A stretch of DNA of 45,744 nt from Candidatus Nealsonbacteria bacterium (GTDB taxonomy: Bacteria; Patescibacteriota; Minisyncoccia; Minisyncoccales; CSSED10-335), in NCBI GenBank assembly GCA_003557585.1, contig PWOE01000113.1, positions 1-45,744 on the forward strand. Direction: 5' to 3'. The notes under the pieces were generated by a model. It ran no database searches. It saw only the letters and a list, made by a program, of their open reading frames with translations, and had not been told where the DNA came from. The translations under genes and the position numbers were made by a program. Numbering within the stretch: position 1 is the stretch's first letter; each line of letters starts with the position of its first letter. Positions 1-8,652 of the stretch are shown here, piece by piece.

Positions 1-46
1 AAGTCACCTCCTTTCTGGCTAAACTATAGCATTAAGAGCTAATAAG

Positions 47-1519
47 TCAAGAAAGCTCTTTCTCTATAATCTTTTTAACTGATTCTGGATTGGCCTTGCC
101 TTTTGTCTTGGCCATTACTTGACCTATCAAGAATTGAAGTGATGCCTCTTTGCCTTGCTTGAGATCATCCACTGCTTTTTCGTTTTGAGAAATAATTTCT
201 TTAATAATCAAAGCTAGCTCCTTGCTATCACTCATCTCTGATAATCCCTTCTCTTCAATAATATTTGATGGATCAGCTCCACTCTTTAGCATCTCTTGTA
301 ATAAGATTTTGGCAATCTTGCTTGATATCTCCTTCTTGTGGATTAATTTAATTAACTCAGCAAAATTCTCAGGAGTTATAATGTTTTCAATTCCGTCTTT
401 CTTCAACAAAGACCTTAAGTCACCTAGAATGTAATTAGCAGCTGCCTTTGATAGTTTCAAGCTCTCTTCTTTAGCTATCTCGCTCTTGATATCTTCTTCT
501 TTAATCCAATTATTGAGCTCGCTAATAACTTTTTCGTAATAGTCTGCGGAGTCTCTATCATTGATAAATATCTCCACACTCTCTTCATCTAAACCATATT
601 CTTTCTTAAACCTCTCTCTTTTTTCTTTGGGCAACTCTGGAATTGATGCCTTCATATGATCTAAATCGATACCCTCTTCTTTGATAGAGATTGCTGGCAA
701 ATCTGGCTCAGGAAAATACCTGTAATCATGAGACTCTTCTTTACTTCTTTGAAGTATCGTCTTTTGTTTATCCTCATCCCAACCCCTTGTCTCTTGATAA
801 ATTCTCTCTTTTTTATCTAAAATCTCTTTTTGTCTTTCAATCTCATAATTAATCGCTTTCTCAATCGCCTTGAATGAATTAATGTTTTTTATTTCAACCT
901 TATCACCTAGTTTTTTTCTATCACTTGAAAGCGATATATTGGCATCAACTCTTAGCTCTCCCTTCTCCATATCAGCGCTAGAGACTTGTAAATATCTAAG
1001 AATTAATCTTAATTCTTCAGCAAATTCTTTTGCCTCTTGGGCAGAATGAATGTCTGGTTCAGTGACAAGCTCCATTAAAGGAACCCCTGCTCTATTGAAA
1101 TCAACTAAAGAGTAATTTGACTCTTTGGGATGAACCAGTTTGCCGGCGTCTTCCTCTAAATGAATTCTAGTGATTCTTATCTCTCTTTCCTTGATCTTGA
1201 GCTTGCCTTTTTGACAAAAAGGCTTGTCATACTGACTTATCTGATATCCCTTTGGTAAATCGGGGTAGAAGTAATTTTTCCTATCAAACTTTGACTCTTC
1301 TGCTATCTCGCAATCTAATGCTAGGCCGGTTTTAACGATCTTGATAATCGCTTCTCTGTTCACAACAGGCAAAGAGCCCGGTTGACCAGTGCAAACAGGA
1401 CAGATATTAATATTCGGCTCTTGAGCATCTGAGTCGTTTGCGCAAGAACAGAATATTTTAGAGGCTGTATTGAGCTCTATATGAACCTCTAATCCAATGG
1501 TCGGATAATACTTAACCAT
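47..1519 (-). CDS. gatB: Asp-tRNA(Asn)/Glu-tRNA(Gln) amidotransferase subunit B
   Basis: 490-aa ORF. N-terminus MVKYYPTIGLEVHIELNT and CPVCTGQPGSLPV are typical GatB. C-terminal YqeY-like tail. TGA stop at 47-49. Confidence 0.95.
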   Translation of the reverse strand: MVKYYPTIGLEVHIELNTASKIFCSCANDSDAQEPNINICPVCTGQPGSLPVVNREAIIKIVKTGLALDCEIAEESKFDRKNYFYPDLPKGYQISQYDKPFCQKGKLKIKEREIRITRIHLEEDAGKLVHPKESNYSLVDFNRAGVPLMELVTEPDIHSAQEAKEFAEELRLILRYLQVSSADMEKGELRVDANISLSSDRKKLGDKVEIKNINSFKAIEKAINYEIERQKEILDKKERIYQETRGWDEDKQKTILQRSKEESHDYRYFPEPDLPAISIKEEGIDLDHMKASIPELPKEKRERFKKEYGLDEESVEIFINDRDSADYYEKVISELNNWIKEEDIKSEIAKEESLKLSKAAANYILGDLRSLLKKDGIENIITPENFAELIKLIHKKEISSKIAKILLQEMLKSGADPSNIIEEKGLSEMSDSKELALIIKEIISQNEKAVDDLKQGKEASLQFLIGQVMAKTKGKANPESVKKIIEKELS

Positions 1520-2185
1520 CTACTTTTTCTTTTTTTGTAACTCTTTAACAATCTTAACACCAGAGCTAGTTCCAACAATATCAGCCCCAGCTTTAATCAT
1601 CTTTTTAATGTCATCAAGAGTTCTAACATTACCCGATGCCTTGATTAAAAGACCCGGGGCATTATCTCTCATTAGCTTTAAGTGATAAGCTTTTTCTTTC
1701 ATCTCTCGATTCTCTAAAGGATCTTTAGAAGTGGCTGTTTTAACGCAGATTGCTCCTGCCTTTTTAACTATCTTAGAAGCTTTCTTGATTTCGTCATCTG
1801 TTAAAAAACCTGAACCGATAATAACTTTTGTCGGCAGGATCTTGCAAATAACTTTTAAATCTTTAAGGACTTTATCGTATCTCTCATATTTCATGTCAAT
1901 GATGTTCATGACAATATCTAGTTCATCGCCACCATCCTTTTTTACTTTTTTACAGACCTTAACTCTTTCGCTGTGTGAAGAAAGACCCATAGGAGGATCA
2001 ACCAAGACAACAACTTTAGGCTCTTCACCTTTGAGTTCCTGGCTAGCTAATTTAGTCCATTCGGGGTTAATGCAAACACCATGAAAATTATATTTAATTG
2101 CTTCTTGGCAAAGCTTTTTAATATCTTTAGCTTTAGCTTCTTTTCTAATATCTGTGTGATCTATTGTTTGAGCTATCTTTTGCAT
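1520..2185 (-). CDS. deoC: deoxyribose-phosphate aldolase
   Basis: 221 aa. DeoC-like IDHTDIR, GVCINP, CVKTATS (Schiff-base Lys region) and IKASGNVRT motifs. Abuts the gatB start. Confidence 0.85.
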   Translation of the reverse strand: MQKIAQTIDHTDIRKEAKAKDIKKLCQEAIKYNFHGVCINPEWTKLASQELKGEEPKVVVLVDPPMGLSSHSERVKVCKKVKKDGGDELDIVMNIIDMKYERYDKVLKDLKVICKILPTKVIIGSGFLTDDEIKKASKIVKKAGAICVKTATSKDPLENREMKEKAYHLKLMRDNAPGLLIKASGNVRTLDDIKKMIKAGADIVGTSSGVKIVKELQKKKK

Positions 2186-2231
2186 AATATTTAAGTTCTT
2201 TTTCGCGAAATATCGCTTCTAAAAACTCTTT

Positions 2232-2711
2232 TTATTTTTTATCTAAAACAAGAAAGGTTAGTTTATAATCACTTGTCTCTTTTTCTTCTCTTTCAACTTC
2301 CACCCAAAGAGAAGAGTCATATTCGGGAAAGAATATATCTGCCTTGAAAGAGGCATCAATTAAAGTTAAGTAGATTCTGTCTGCTAAAGGTAGAAATTGA
2401 CGATAAACAGAGGCTCCGCCTGCAATCATAATCTCCTCGACATCCCCTGCTTTATCTATAGCATCTTCTACTGATTTGGCAATCAAGCAATTCTCTTCTT
2501 GAAAATTGTCTTCTCTGCTTAAAATGATATTAGTTCTATCGGGCAAGGGCTTACCAATTGATTCAAATGTCTTTTGCCCCATAATAACTGGTTTACCTAG
2601 AGTCTTTTCTTTGAAATATCTTAAATCTTCTTTAATCTTCCAAGGCAAAGAGTCGCCAAGACCGATCTCTCTATTTTTACCCATCGCCGCAATGATTGAA
2701 ATTCTTGGCAT
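2232..2711 (-). CDS. folA: dihydrofolate reductase
   Basis: ISIIAAMGKNREIGLGDSLPW, VIMGQKTFESIG, TNIILSR and GGASVY motifs. ATG at 2711 (MPRISII) chosen because the longer ORF to 2729 overlaps the thyA stop (2713-2715). Confidence 0.85.
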   Translation of the reverse strand: MPRISIIAAMGKNREIGLGDSLPWKIKEDLRYFKEKTLGKPVIMGQKTFESIGKPLPDRTNIILSREDNFQEENCLIAKSVEDAIDKAGDVEEIMIAGGASVYRQFLPLADRIYLTLIDASFKADIFFPEYDSSLWVEVEREEKETSDYKLTFLVLDKK

Positions 2712-2712
2712 C

Positions 2713-3711
2713 TTAAAATCCACCAACATTAGTTATTGGTGCTTTGATTCCAGAATAAGGATCGTAGTTTTGTAATTCAAAGTCTTGAAACTTGAAATCG
2801 TCTATATCTTTAACCTGAGAATTAATTTTCAAAGAAGGTAACTCTTTTGGCTCTCGAGATAGCTGCTCTTCAACTTGATTGAAATGATCAGAATAGATAT
2901 GTGCATCACCAAAGCTATGTACAAAATCACCCAACTCAAGGTTTGTAACTTGGGCAACCATCAAAAGAAGCATGGCATAACTGGCAATATTGAAAGGAAC
3001 TCCTAAGAACATATCTGCACTTCTTTGATATAATCCTAGATTTAATCTATTGCCTTGAGTCACTGTGAATTGAAATGTTGTGTGGCAGAAAGGTGGGGTT
3101 TCATTTCTATTCTTCTCTGAAGCCATAGCATAGATAAAGTCCGGATTCCAAGCTGAGACAAGATATGACTTTCTAAAGGGTTTATCTTTCAAGCCATCTA
3201 TCACCCAGCCAAGCTGGTCAATTTCTCTGCCATCACTGGCTGGCCAACGTCGCCACATTCTTCCGTAAGAATAGATTAAATCAGCCCACTCTTTAACAAA
3301 ATCATCGCTTTCTGGAAGCTCCTTGATCTTGTTTATAAAATCCTCTTGGCTCAAGTCTTTATCGGGATCATTCTTTAAGCAATGCTTGTGATATCTTTTC
3401 CAGGCCCATTCATCCCATATATGAACATCATTATCAACTAGATATTTAATGTTGGTATCGCCTTTTAAAAACCAGAGAAGCTCATGTAATATCCCTCTGA
3501 AAAATACTTTTTTTGTTGTTAACAATGGAAATCCTTCTGATAAATCAAATCTCATCTGACGACCAAATACAGACTTGATATAAGGGATTTCTCGACCCTC
3601 TTTTTCATATTGACTTTTAACTTCAGGAGTTAGAAAAACCTCTTTTTTAGAGCCTTTTTCCATTATCTCCTTGAGTAGTTCTAAATATTGATATTCAGAC
3701 TTGTTTCTCAT
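2713..3711 (-). CDS. thyA: thymidylate synthase (ThyA, long form with small-domain insert)
   Basis: SAWNP, PPFCHTTFQF (catalytic Cys), YQRSADMFLGVPFNIASYA and GDAHIY motifs. ATG at 3711 (MRNKSEYQYLELL) chosen because the ORF extension to 3762 overlaps the dcd 3' end. Confidence 0.9.
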   Translation of the reverse strand: MRNKSEYQYLELLKEIMEKGSKKEVFLTPEVKSQYEKEGREIPYIKSVFGRQMRFDLSEGFPLLTTKKVFFRGILHELLWFLKGDTNIKYLVDNDVHIWDEWAWKRYHKHCLKNDPDKDLSQEDFINKIKELPESDDFVKEWADLIYSYGRMWRRWPASDGREIDQLGWVIDGLKDKPFRKSYLVSAWNPDFIYAMASEKNRNETPPFCHTTFQFTVTQGNRLNLGLYQRSADMFLGVPFNIASYAMLLLMVAQVTNLELGDFVHSFGDAHIYSDHFNQVEEQLSREPKELPSLKINSQVKDIDDFKFQDFELQNYDPYSGIKAPITNVGGF

Positions 3712-3713
3712 AA

Positions 3714-4253
3714 TTAAACTTGTTCTTCTTTGCCATCGGTTGAGACCCGACCTCCTTGCCACTGTCCTCTATACTGACTTCCCTCTCCTAGTATCTCTTG
3801 AAAAGTAATGTGCACAATTCGGGCTCCAAAAGATATCTTGATTGGGCTCTTGCCCATATTTATTAAACCAAATGTTAATTCTCCTGAATAGCCTGGCTGG
3901 ACAATTCCATTCAAAAGAGCCAGTCCCGACCTAAAAAGAGTCGTTCTTGGGAATATGATACCAGATAATGATTTAGGTAAATTCACCTTTTCAATGGTCT
4001 TTATTAGATAGTACTTGCCTGGCTCAAAAAGAAAGCTCTTTTCTTCTTTTTCATCATATCTCTCAACTAATACGCTCTCTGGCGTCTCCCTTTCTTCAAT
4101 ACCTAAAGACCCATCTCCTTCAAGAGAGTAAATTTCTCCTAAACGAAGATCAAAGCCAGCTCCTTCTGGGTTGTTTAATTCTCTATCACAAAGACCCTCA
4201 ACTAAATTAATTTCTTTAACTAATTTGTGAAGTTCTTTTATGCCTAATATCAT
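3714..4253 (-). CDS. dcd: dCTP deaminase / dUTPase-superfamily protein
   Basis: 179 aa. GFDLRLG, PRTTLFRSGL, VQPGYSGELTFGLIN and a YRGQWQG tail resemble the dCTP deaminase family. Confidence 0.7.
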   Translation of the reverse strand: MILGIKELHKLVKEINLVEGLCDRELNNPEGAGFDLRLGEIYSLEGDGSLGIEERETPESVLVERYDEKEEKSFLFEPGKYYLIKTIEKVNLPKSLSGIIFPRTTLFRSGLALLNGIVQPGYSGELTFGLINMGKSPIKISFGARIVHITFQEILGEGSQYRGQWQGGRVSTDGKEEQV

Positions 4254-4784
4254 TTAGCTTTCTTTAATTTTTATTTCCACTTCTTTGGGAGTATATTGCC
4301 TAATCTTGATACCTCTTTTTTCAGCTAACTCCCAGGCCTCATTCTCTTCTTCTTTACCCTCGCCACCCGTCTTTAATCTTTCATATTTCTCTAGATAAAC
4401 TATCTCTGAGACTCCAACATTATTGAGAGCTTTAAGACAATCGTAACATGGAGAAGATGTTACATAAAGAGTCGCTCCTCTTAATCGTCTAGTGTCTTGG
4501 CAATTAATGATTGCATTAATTTCTGCATGAATGCCTCGACACCTTTTAAGATTACCGTCTTTATCGCCATCAATCTTAGCGCAACCAACCTCTATACAGT
4601 GATCATCTCCTTCTGTGGGCCCATTATAACCCAAAGAGACTATTCTTTTTCTTTCATCAACTAAAACAACCCCTACTTTGTGAAATTTACAAGAAGTTCT
4701 CTCTGAAACCAAAAGAGCCAGACCCATAAAAGTATCATCCCAAGATAGCTTTTTGGTTCTGGCTTTTTTAATGTTTTGATTCAT
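4254..4784 (-). CDS. comEB: deoxycytidylate (dCMP) deaminase, ComEB-type
   Basis: Cytidine/deoxycytidylate deaminase zinc motifs HAEINAI and SPCYDCLKAL. 176 aa. Confidence 0.85.
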   Translation of the reverse strand: MNQNIKKARTKKLSWDDTFMGLALLVSERTSCKFHKVGVVLVDERKRIVSLGYNGPTEGDDHCIEVGCAKIDGDKDGNLKRCRGIHAEINAIINCQDTRRLRGATLYVTSSPCYDCLKALNNVGVSEIVYLEKYERLKTGGEGKEEENEAWELAEKRGIKIRQYTPKEVEIKIKES

Positions 4785-4790
4785 GATTCT

Positions 4791-5216
4791 TTAATCGATG
4801 ATTTCTACTCCCATATTTTTGGCTGTTCCTTCGATGACCTTCATCGCTGCATTTATATCGTCTGTATTTAAATCAGCCATCTTCTTCTCAGCTACTGACT
4901 TTAATTGAGCCTTGGTCATCTTGCCAACTTTCTTTTTTTGAGGAACTCCTGACCCCTTTTCAATGCCTATCTCTTTTTTAATCAATTCTGATGCTGGTGG
5001 CTGTTTAAGATGAAAATCATAACTTCTATCTTCGTAAACATTAATCTCTACAGGAATCTTAAAACCATCTTGGTCTCTTGTCTTATCGTTGAATTGCTGG
5101 CAAAATTCAGCAATATTCAAGCCATGCTGAGCCAAAGCTGGGCCGACTGGAGGAGCTGGAGTCGCTTTTCCAGCAGCAATCTGAACTTTAATAACAGCTT
5201 TAATCTTTTTTTTCAT
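4791..5216 (-). CDS. rplK: 50S ribosomal protein L11 (uL11)
   Basis: 141 aa. [24 protein letters not shown] is the canonical L11 N-terminal motif. Confidence 0.96.
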   Translation of the reverse strand: MKKKIKAVIKVQIAAGKATPAPPVGPALAQHGLNIAEFCQQFNDKTRDQDGFKIPVEINVYEDRSYDFHLKQPPASELIKKEIGIEKGSGVPQKKKVGKMTKAQLKSVAEKKMADLNTDDINAAMKVIEGTAKNMGVEIID

Positions 5217-5220
5217 ATTT

Positions 5221-5766
5221 TTATATCTTTTTTATCTGCAATGAATCTAATTCAACGGGAGTATCTCTCCCAAACATATTAACTAAAACTTTAATTTTAC
5301 CTCTTTCCATATCGATTTCAGAAACCTTGCCATCAAATTCTTTGAAAGGTCCATCAATTATCTTAACCATACTGCCTACTTCGACATCTATCTTGTATTT
5401 CGCAACATCTGCGCCCATTCTTTTCTTTAATGTAGTTATCTCTTTTTCTGACAATGGCAAAGGAGTCGTTCCAGCACCGACAAAACCGGTCACATTTGGA
5501 GTATTTCTAACAACATACCATGAATCATCTGTAACAATCATTTCAACTAAAACATATCCTGGGTAAATCTTCTCCTCAACCATCTTTCTTTTGCCGTTCT
5601 TAATCTTTATCTTTTTTTCTTTTGGAACAATTACACTAAATATCTTATCTTCCATACCTAAAGATTCTACCCTTTGCCGAAGATTCTTGGCAACGGCCTC
5701 TTCATAACCAGAATAGGTATGGATAACATACCATCTTTTTTGTTCAGATATCTTTTGTCGAGACAT
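5221..5766 (-). CDS. nusG: transcription termination/antitermination factor NusG
   Basis: 181 aa. [14 protein letters not shown] domain, C-terminal KOW ([18 protein letters not shown]). secE-nusG-rplK synteny. Confidence 0.95.
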   Translation of the reverse strand: MSRQKISEQKRWYVIHTYSGYEEAVAKNLRQRVESLGMEDKIFSVIVPKEKKIKIKNGKRKMVEEKIYPGYVLVEMIVTDDSWYVVRNTPNVTGFVGAGTTPLPLSEKEITTLKKRMGADVAKYKIDVEVGSMVKIIDGPFKEFDGKVSEIDMERGKIKVLVNMFGRDTPVELDSLQIKKI

Positions 5767-5768
5767 TT

Positions 5769-5960
5769 CTAATTAATTATAACTCTTTGTAGAAAAAAAT
5801 CTAAACCACCTAAAAAAGCTGCTACAGCAACTGAAACTCCAACGACTATAAGAGTATATTTAACTGCTTCTTTTCTAGTTGGCCAACTAACCTTTCTTGT
5901 CTCTTGGCGAACTTCACTAAAAAAGAGCCTTATTTTGTTGAGTAATCCATTCTTTGGCAT
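5769..5960 (-). CDS. secE: preprotein translocase subunit SecE
   Basis: 63 aa. E(V)[14 protein letters not shown] followed by a single TM helix. Located upstream of nusG. Confidence 0.85.
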   Translation of the reverse strand: MPKNGLLNKIRLFFSEVRQETRKVSWPTRKEAVKYTLIVVGVSVAVAAFLGGLDFFLQRVIIN

Positions 5961-5966
5961 GTCTGA

Positions 5967-5995
5967 ATCTTAACTAAAGTAACCTCTTTTGTCAA
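5967..5995 (-). promoter_or_regulatory. sigma70-like promoter for secE-nusG-rplK, predicted leaderless
   Basis: Minus strand: TTGACA (5990-5995), 17-nt spacer, TAAGAT (5967-5972), then 6 nt to the secE ATG (5960). No SD. Sits in the 38-nt gap after the gyrB stop. Confidence 0.5.
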
Positions 5996-5998
5996 ACC

Positions 5999-7954
5999 TT
6001 ATATATCTAAGTTTTTGACCTGTTTGGCGTGTGTCTGTATAAACTTTTTTCTTGGGAAAACCTCTTCTCCCATTAAAATATCAAATATCCTATCAGCTTC
6101 CTTGGCATCTTCTATGGTTGCTCTAAGCAGAATTCTATTCTCAGGATTCATGGTCGTTTCCCATAGCTGTATAGGATTCATCTCTCCTAAACCCTTATAT
6201 CTTTGAATGTTAATATTGGGCAAAGTAGATTCTTCTTTTTTCTTTGACTTCTTATCATCTTTCATAGAAGAGACGATCTCTCTTTTATCATCCTCGGTGT
6301 AGGCATACTCTATTCTTTTGCCTGACTGTATCTTATAGAGAGGTGGCTGCGCTATATAAAGATATCCTGCTTCAATGATTGGCCTGAAATATCTATAAAA
6401 AAGTGTCAAAAGAAGAGTCTTGATATGATTACCATCACTATCAGCATCGCTCATAATAATAACTTTATGATATCTTAGCTTATCAATATTAAAATCTTCA
6501 GCAACTGCAGTTCCTAAAGCAATAATCAATGATTTTATCTCTTTAGAAGCCAAGACTTTATCCAATCGAGCCCTTTCAACGTTCAATATCTTACCCTTTA
6601 AAGGCAAGATTGCCTGAAATCTTCTGTCTCTGGCTCCTTTACAAGATCCACCCGCCGACTCTCCCTCAACGATATAAAGCTCTGATTCCTCTGGCTTCTT
6701 AGAGGAGCAATCAGCTAATTTGCCGGGCAGAGATAGGCCCTCTAAAACTCCTTTTCTTAAAACTGTCTCTCTAGCTGCTCGAGCAGCTTTTCTTGCCTTG
6801 GAAGAAAGTAGGCATTTCTCAATGATGCTTTTAGCATCTTGAGGATTTCTCTCTAAATAATCTACCAAGGCCTCTGAGACAACCGCCTCAACTGCTGGCT
6901 TAACCTCAGGATTGCCAAGCTTTGATTTCGTTTGACCTTCAAATTGTGGCTCTTTAACTTTAACCGAAACGACAACCGTCAATCCTTCTCTTACATCATC
7001 ACCACCTAAATTATCATCGCCACTTTTTAAAATGCCATTTTTACGGGCATAATCATTTAAACTTCTTGTTAGTGTTGATCTAAAGCCAGTCAAATGACTG
7101 CCACCCTCTTTGGTCAAGATATTATTAGCAAAACTCTCTTCGTATGATTCGAACTCTTGAGTATAATTAAAGGCAGCCTCAACAACTATCTCATCCTTGG
7201 TCCCTAGGCAATAAAATGTGTTTAAGTGTTGCTTTATAGATCCCCTTGTGAGGTATTTTACATAAGACAAAAGACCCCCTTCAAAATAAAAAGTGTAGCT
7301 CTCATTCTTGCCCTCTCTCTTGTCGGAAAAGACAATTCTAGTTCCTTTGGTGAGATAAGCCTGTTGCCTTAAATGATTAATAATCTTCTTGGGAACAAAG
7401 TTTATCTCTTTAAATATCTCAACATCGGGCTCAAAGATAACAGTTGTGCCTCTTTTTTTTGTTTTGGAATCTTTAACAAGCTTGGTTTTAGTTTTTCCCT
7501 TGGCATATTCTTGATAATACTTGTTGCCATCTCTGTAAACTTCCGCTCTCATCCAATTTGATAAAGCGCAAACCACAGATACTCCAACGCCATGCAAGCC
7601 TCCTGAAACTTGATAGGCCTTGCCACCAAATTTTGCTCCAGCATGCAAAGTCGTCATGACAGTTTCTAAAGCTGACTTTTTTGTTTGTGGATGAGTGTCT
7701 ATGGGAATTCCCCTGCCATCATCTGAAACACTAACCCTATTGTCAGGCAAAAGAGTGACTTCAATATTCTTCGCGTAACCAGCAATTGCCTCATCCAAAG
7801 AGTTGTCTAAACACTCTTTAATTAGATGGTGCAAGCCATCGGGTCCAGTAGATCCAATGTACATCCCAGGTCTTTTGCGAACTGGTTCTAATCCTTGCAA
7901 AACAAAGATATCTTTTGAAGTATAGCCTTTTTTTGTTTCTTTTTTTTGTTTCAT
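5999..7954 (-). CDS. gyrB: DNA gyrase subunit B
   Basis: 651 aa. GHKL ATPase motifs (LEPVRKRPGMYIG, LHHLIKECLDNSLDE, GGLHGVG), Toprim EGESAGGS and PLKGKILNVE. No intein. Confidence 0.97.
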   Translation of the reverse strand: MKQKKETKKGYTSKDIFVLQGLEPVRKRPGMYIGSTGPDGLHHLIKECLDNSLDEAIAGYAKNIEVTLLPDNRVSVSDDGRGIPIDTHPQTKKSALETVMTTLHAGAKFGGKAYQVSGGLHGVGVSVVCALSNWMRAEVYRDGNKYYQEYAKGKTKTKLVKDSKTKKRGTTVIFEPDVEIFKEINFVPKKIINHLRQQAYLTKGTRIVFSDKREGKNESYTFYFEGGLLSYVKYLTRGSIKQHLNTFYCLGTKDEIVVEAAFNYTQEFESYEESFANNILTKEGGSHLTGFRSTLTRSLNDYARKNGILKSGDDNLGGDDVREGLTVVVSVKVKEPQFEGQTKSKLGNPEVKPAVEAVVSEALVDYLERNPQDAKSIIEKCLLSSKARKAARAARETVLRKGVLEGLSLPGKLADCSSKKPEESELYIVEGESAGGSCKGARDRRFQAILPLKGKILNVERARLDKVLASKEIKSLIIALGTAVAEDFNIDKLRYHKVIIMSDADSDGNHIKTLLLTLFYRYFRPIIEAGYLYIAQPPLYKIQSGKRIEYAYTEDDKREIVSSMKDDKKSKKKEESTLPNINIQRYKGLGEMNPIQLWETTMNPENRILLRATIEDAKEADRIFDILMGEEVFPRKKFIQTHAKQVKNLDI

Positions 7955-8073
7955 CTATTTCAATAAAAAAAGAGTCGTTTTTAAAAAATATTAAAGCTCT
8001 TTTTATTCCTTATTTTATGATTAACTATCCTTATTTTAACTTAATTTTAGAGTTAAAGCAAGTCTATTAAAAG

Positions 8074-8099
8074 ATAAAAAAACCGACTTAAGTCGGCTT
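8074..8099 (-). terminator. rho-independent terminator after the tRNA cluster and small ORF
   Basis: Minus-strand RNA AAGCCGAC-UUAA-GUCGGUU (7-bp stem with one G-U) followed by a U-run (plus-strand A-run 8076-8080). The stop codon of the small ORF lies in the loop. Confidence 0.45.
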
Positions 8100-8315
8100 A
8101 TTTTTTTCTTTTTTGTGAGATATAATTTCAGTTGGTTCGGCAAATGATTGCGTTTTTTTAAATATAATTCCATTCTCTTTTACTCTTCCTATTAATCTCT
8201 TTTCTCCATTTGATTCCACTATCTCGGCTCTTCTTATTTCTAAAACATTTCCCGAGGAAGTCCTGACGTCAATGCGGCGATACTCTCCAACTGATAAGTC
8301 TCCTACTCTTATCAC
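8088..8315 (-). CDS. hypothetical small protein (~75 aa)
   Basis: The 97-aa ORF overlaps tRNA-Asp at its 5' end. An in-frame GTG at 8315 lies 9 nt after a strong SD, AAAGGAGAG (8323-8331). No recognisable family. Confidence 0.4.
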   Translation of the reverse strand: MIRVGDLSVGEYRRIDVRTSSGNVLEIRRAEIVESNGEKRLIGRVKENGIIFKKTQSFAEPTEIISHKKEKNKPT

Positions 8316-8351
8316 AAACAATCTCTCCTTTCTTTTTTCAATGTTCTTGTT

Positions 8352-8428
8352 TGGCGGGGACGACCGGACTCGAACCGGCAACCTCCACTGTGACAGAGTG
8401 GCGATCTAACCAATTGATCTACGCCCCC
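8352..8428 (-). tRNA. tRNA-Asp (anticodon GTC), CCA encoded
   Basis: Manual fold: GGGGGCG/TA/GATC-AATTGGTTA-GATC/G/CCACT-CTGTCAC-AGTGG/AGGTT/GCCGG-TTCGAGT-CCGGT/CGTCCCC/G-CCA. Canonical cloverleaf with G73. Confidence 0.9.
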
Positions 8429-8438
8429 AAATGAACTG

Positions 8439-8512
8439 TGCCGGCGGGAGGACTTGAACCTCCGACCTACGGCTTATGAGTCCGTCGCTCTTACCAACTG
8501 AGCTACGCCGGC
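8439..8512 (-). tRNA. tRNA with anticodon CAT, elongator type (Met, or Ile2 if lysidine-modified)
   Basis: GCCGGCG/TA/GCTC-AGTTGGTAA-GAGC/G/ACGGA-CTCATAA-GCCGT/AGGTC/GGAGG-TTCAAGT-CCTCC/CGCCGGC/A. G1-C72 is paired. A31/G39 mismatch. No encoded CCA. Confidence 0.85.
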
Positions 8513-8538
8513 TCGATTCAATATATTTTAAAAAAATG

Positions 8539-8609
8539 TTGCGGGGGCCGGAATTGCACCGGCGCCTTGAGGTTATGGGCCTCACATGGTACTACTCCAC
8601 CACCCCGCA
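8539..8609 (-). tRNA. initiator-like tRNA (anticodon CAT) with non-canonical loops
   Basis: TGCGGGG/TG/GTGG-AGTAGTA-CCAT/G/TGAGG-CCCATAA-CCTCA/AGGC/GCCGG-TGCAATT-CCGGC/CCCCGCA/A. The acceptor stem nearly matches E. coli tRNA-fMet (CGCGGGG...CCCCGCAA). It has C33 and G55 and lacks GG in the D-loop. Confidence 0.65.
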
Positions 8610-8621
8610 TTAATGTTTTGT

Positions 8622-8650
8622 ATCTTAATACAGTTTAACAAGAAAATCAA
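8622..8650 (-). promoter_or_regulatory. sigma70-like promoter for the tRNA cluster
   Basis: Minus strand: TTGATT (8645-8650), 17 nt, TAAGAT (8622-8627). The predicted TSS is a few nt upstream of the first tRNA 5' end (8609). Confidence 0.4.
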
Positions 8651-8652
8651 CC

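Noticed and set aside
1-16. The window begins AAGTCACCTCCTTTCT, which resembles the 3' end of a 16S rRNA gene (..GATCACCTCCTTTCT) on the plus strand.
   Set aside because: Only 16 nt are visible. The reverse complement, AGAAAGGAGGTGACTT, is equally well a Shine-Dalgarno site for the next minus-strand gene downstream of gatB, whose start would lie just beyond position 1. This cannot be decided from the window, and the SD reading is simpler.
7955-8087. Possible DnaA boxes or a replication origin near gyrB (TTATCCTTA-like sequences).
   Set aside because: The matches lack the CACA half of the TTATCCACA consensus. There is no dnaA or dnaN nearby and no cluster of boxes. I report them only as a direct repeat.
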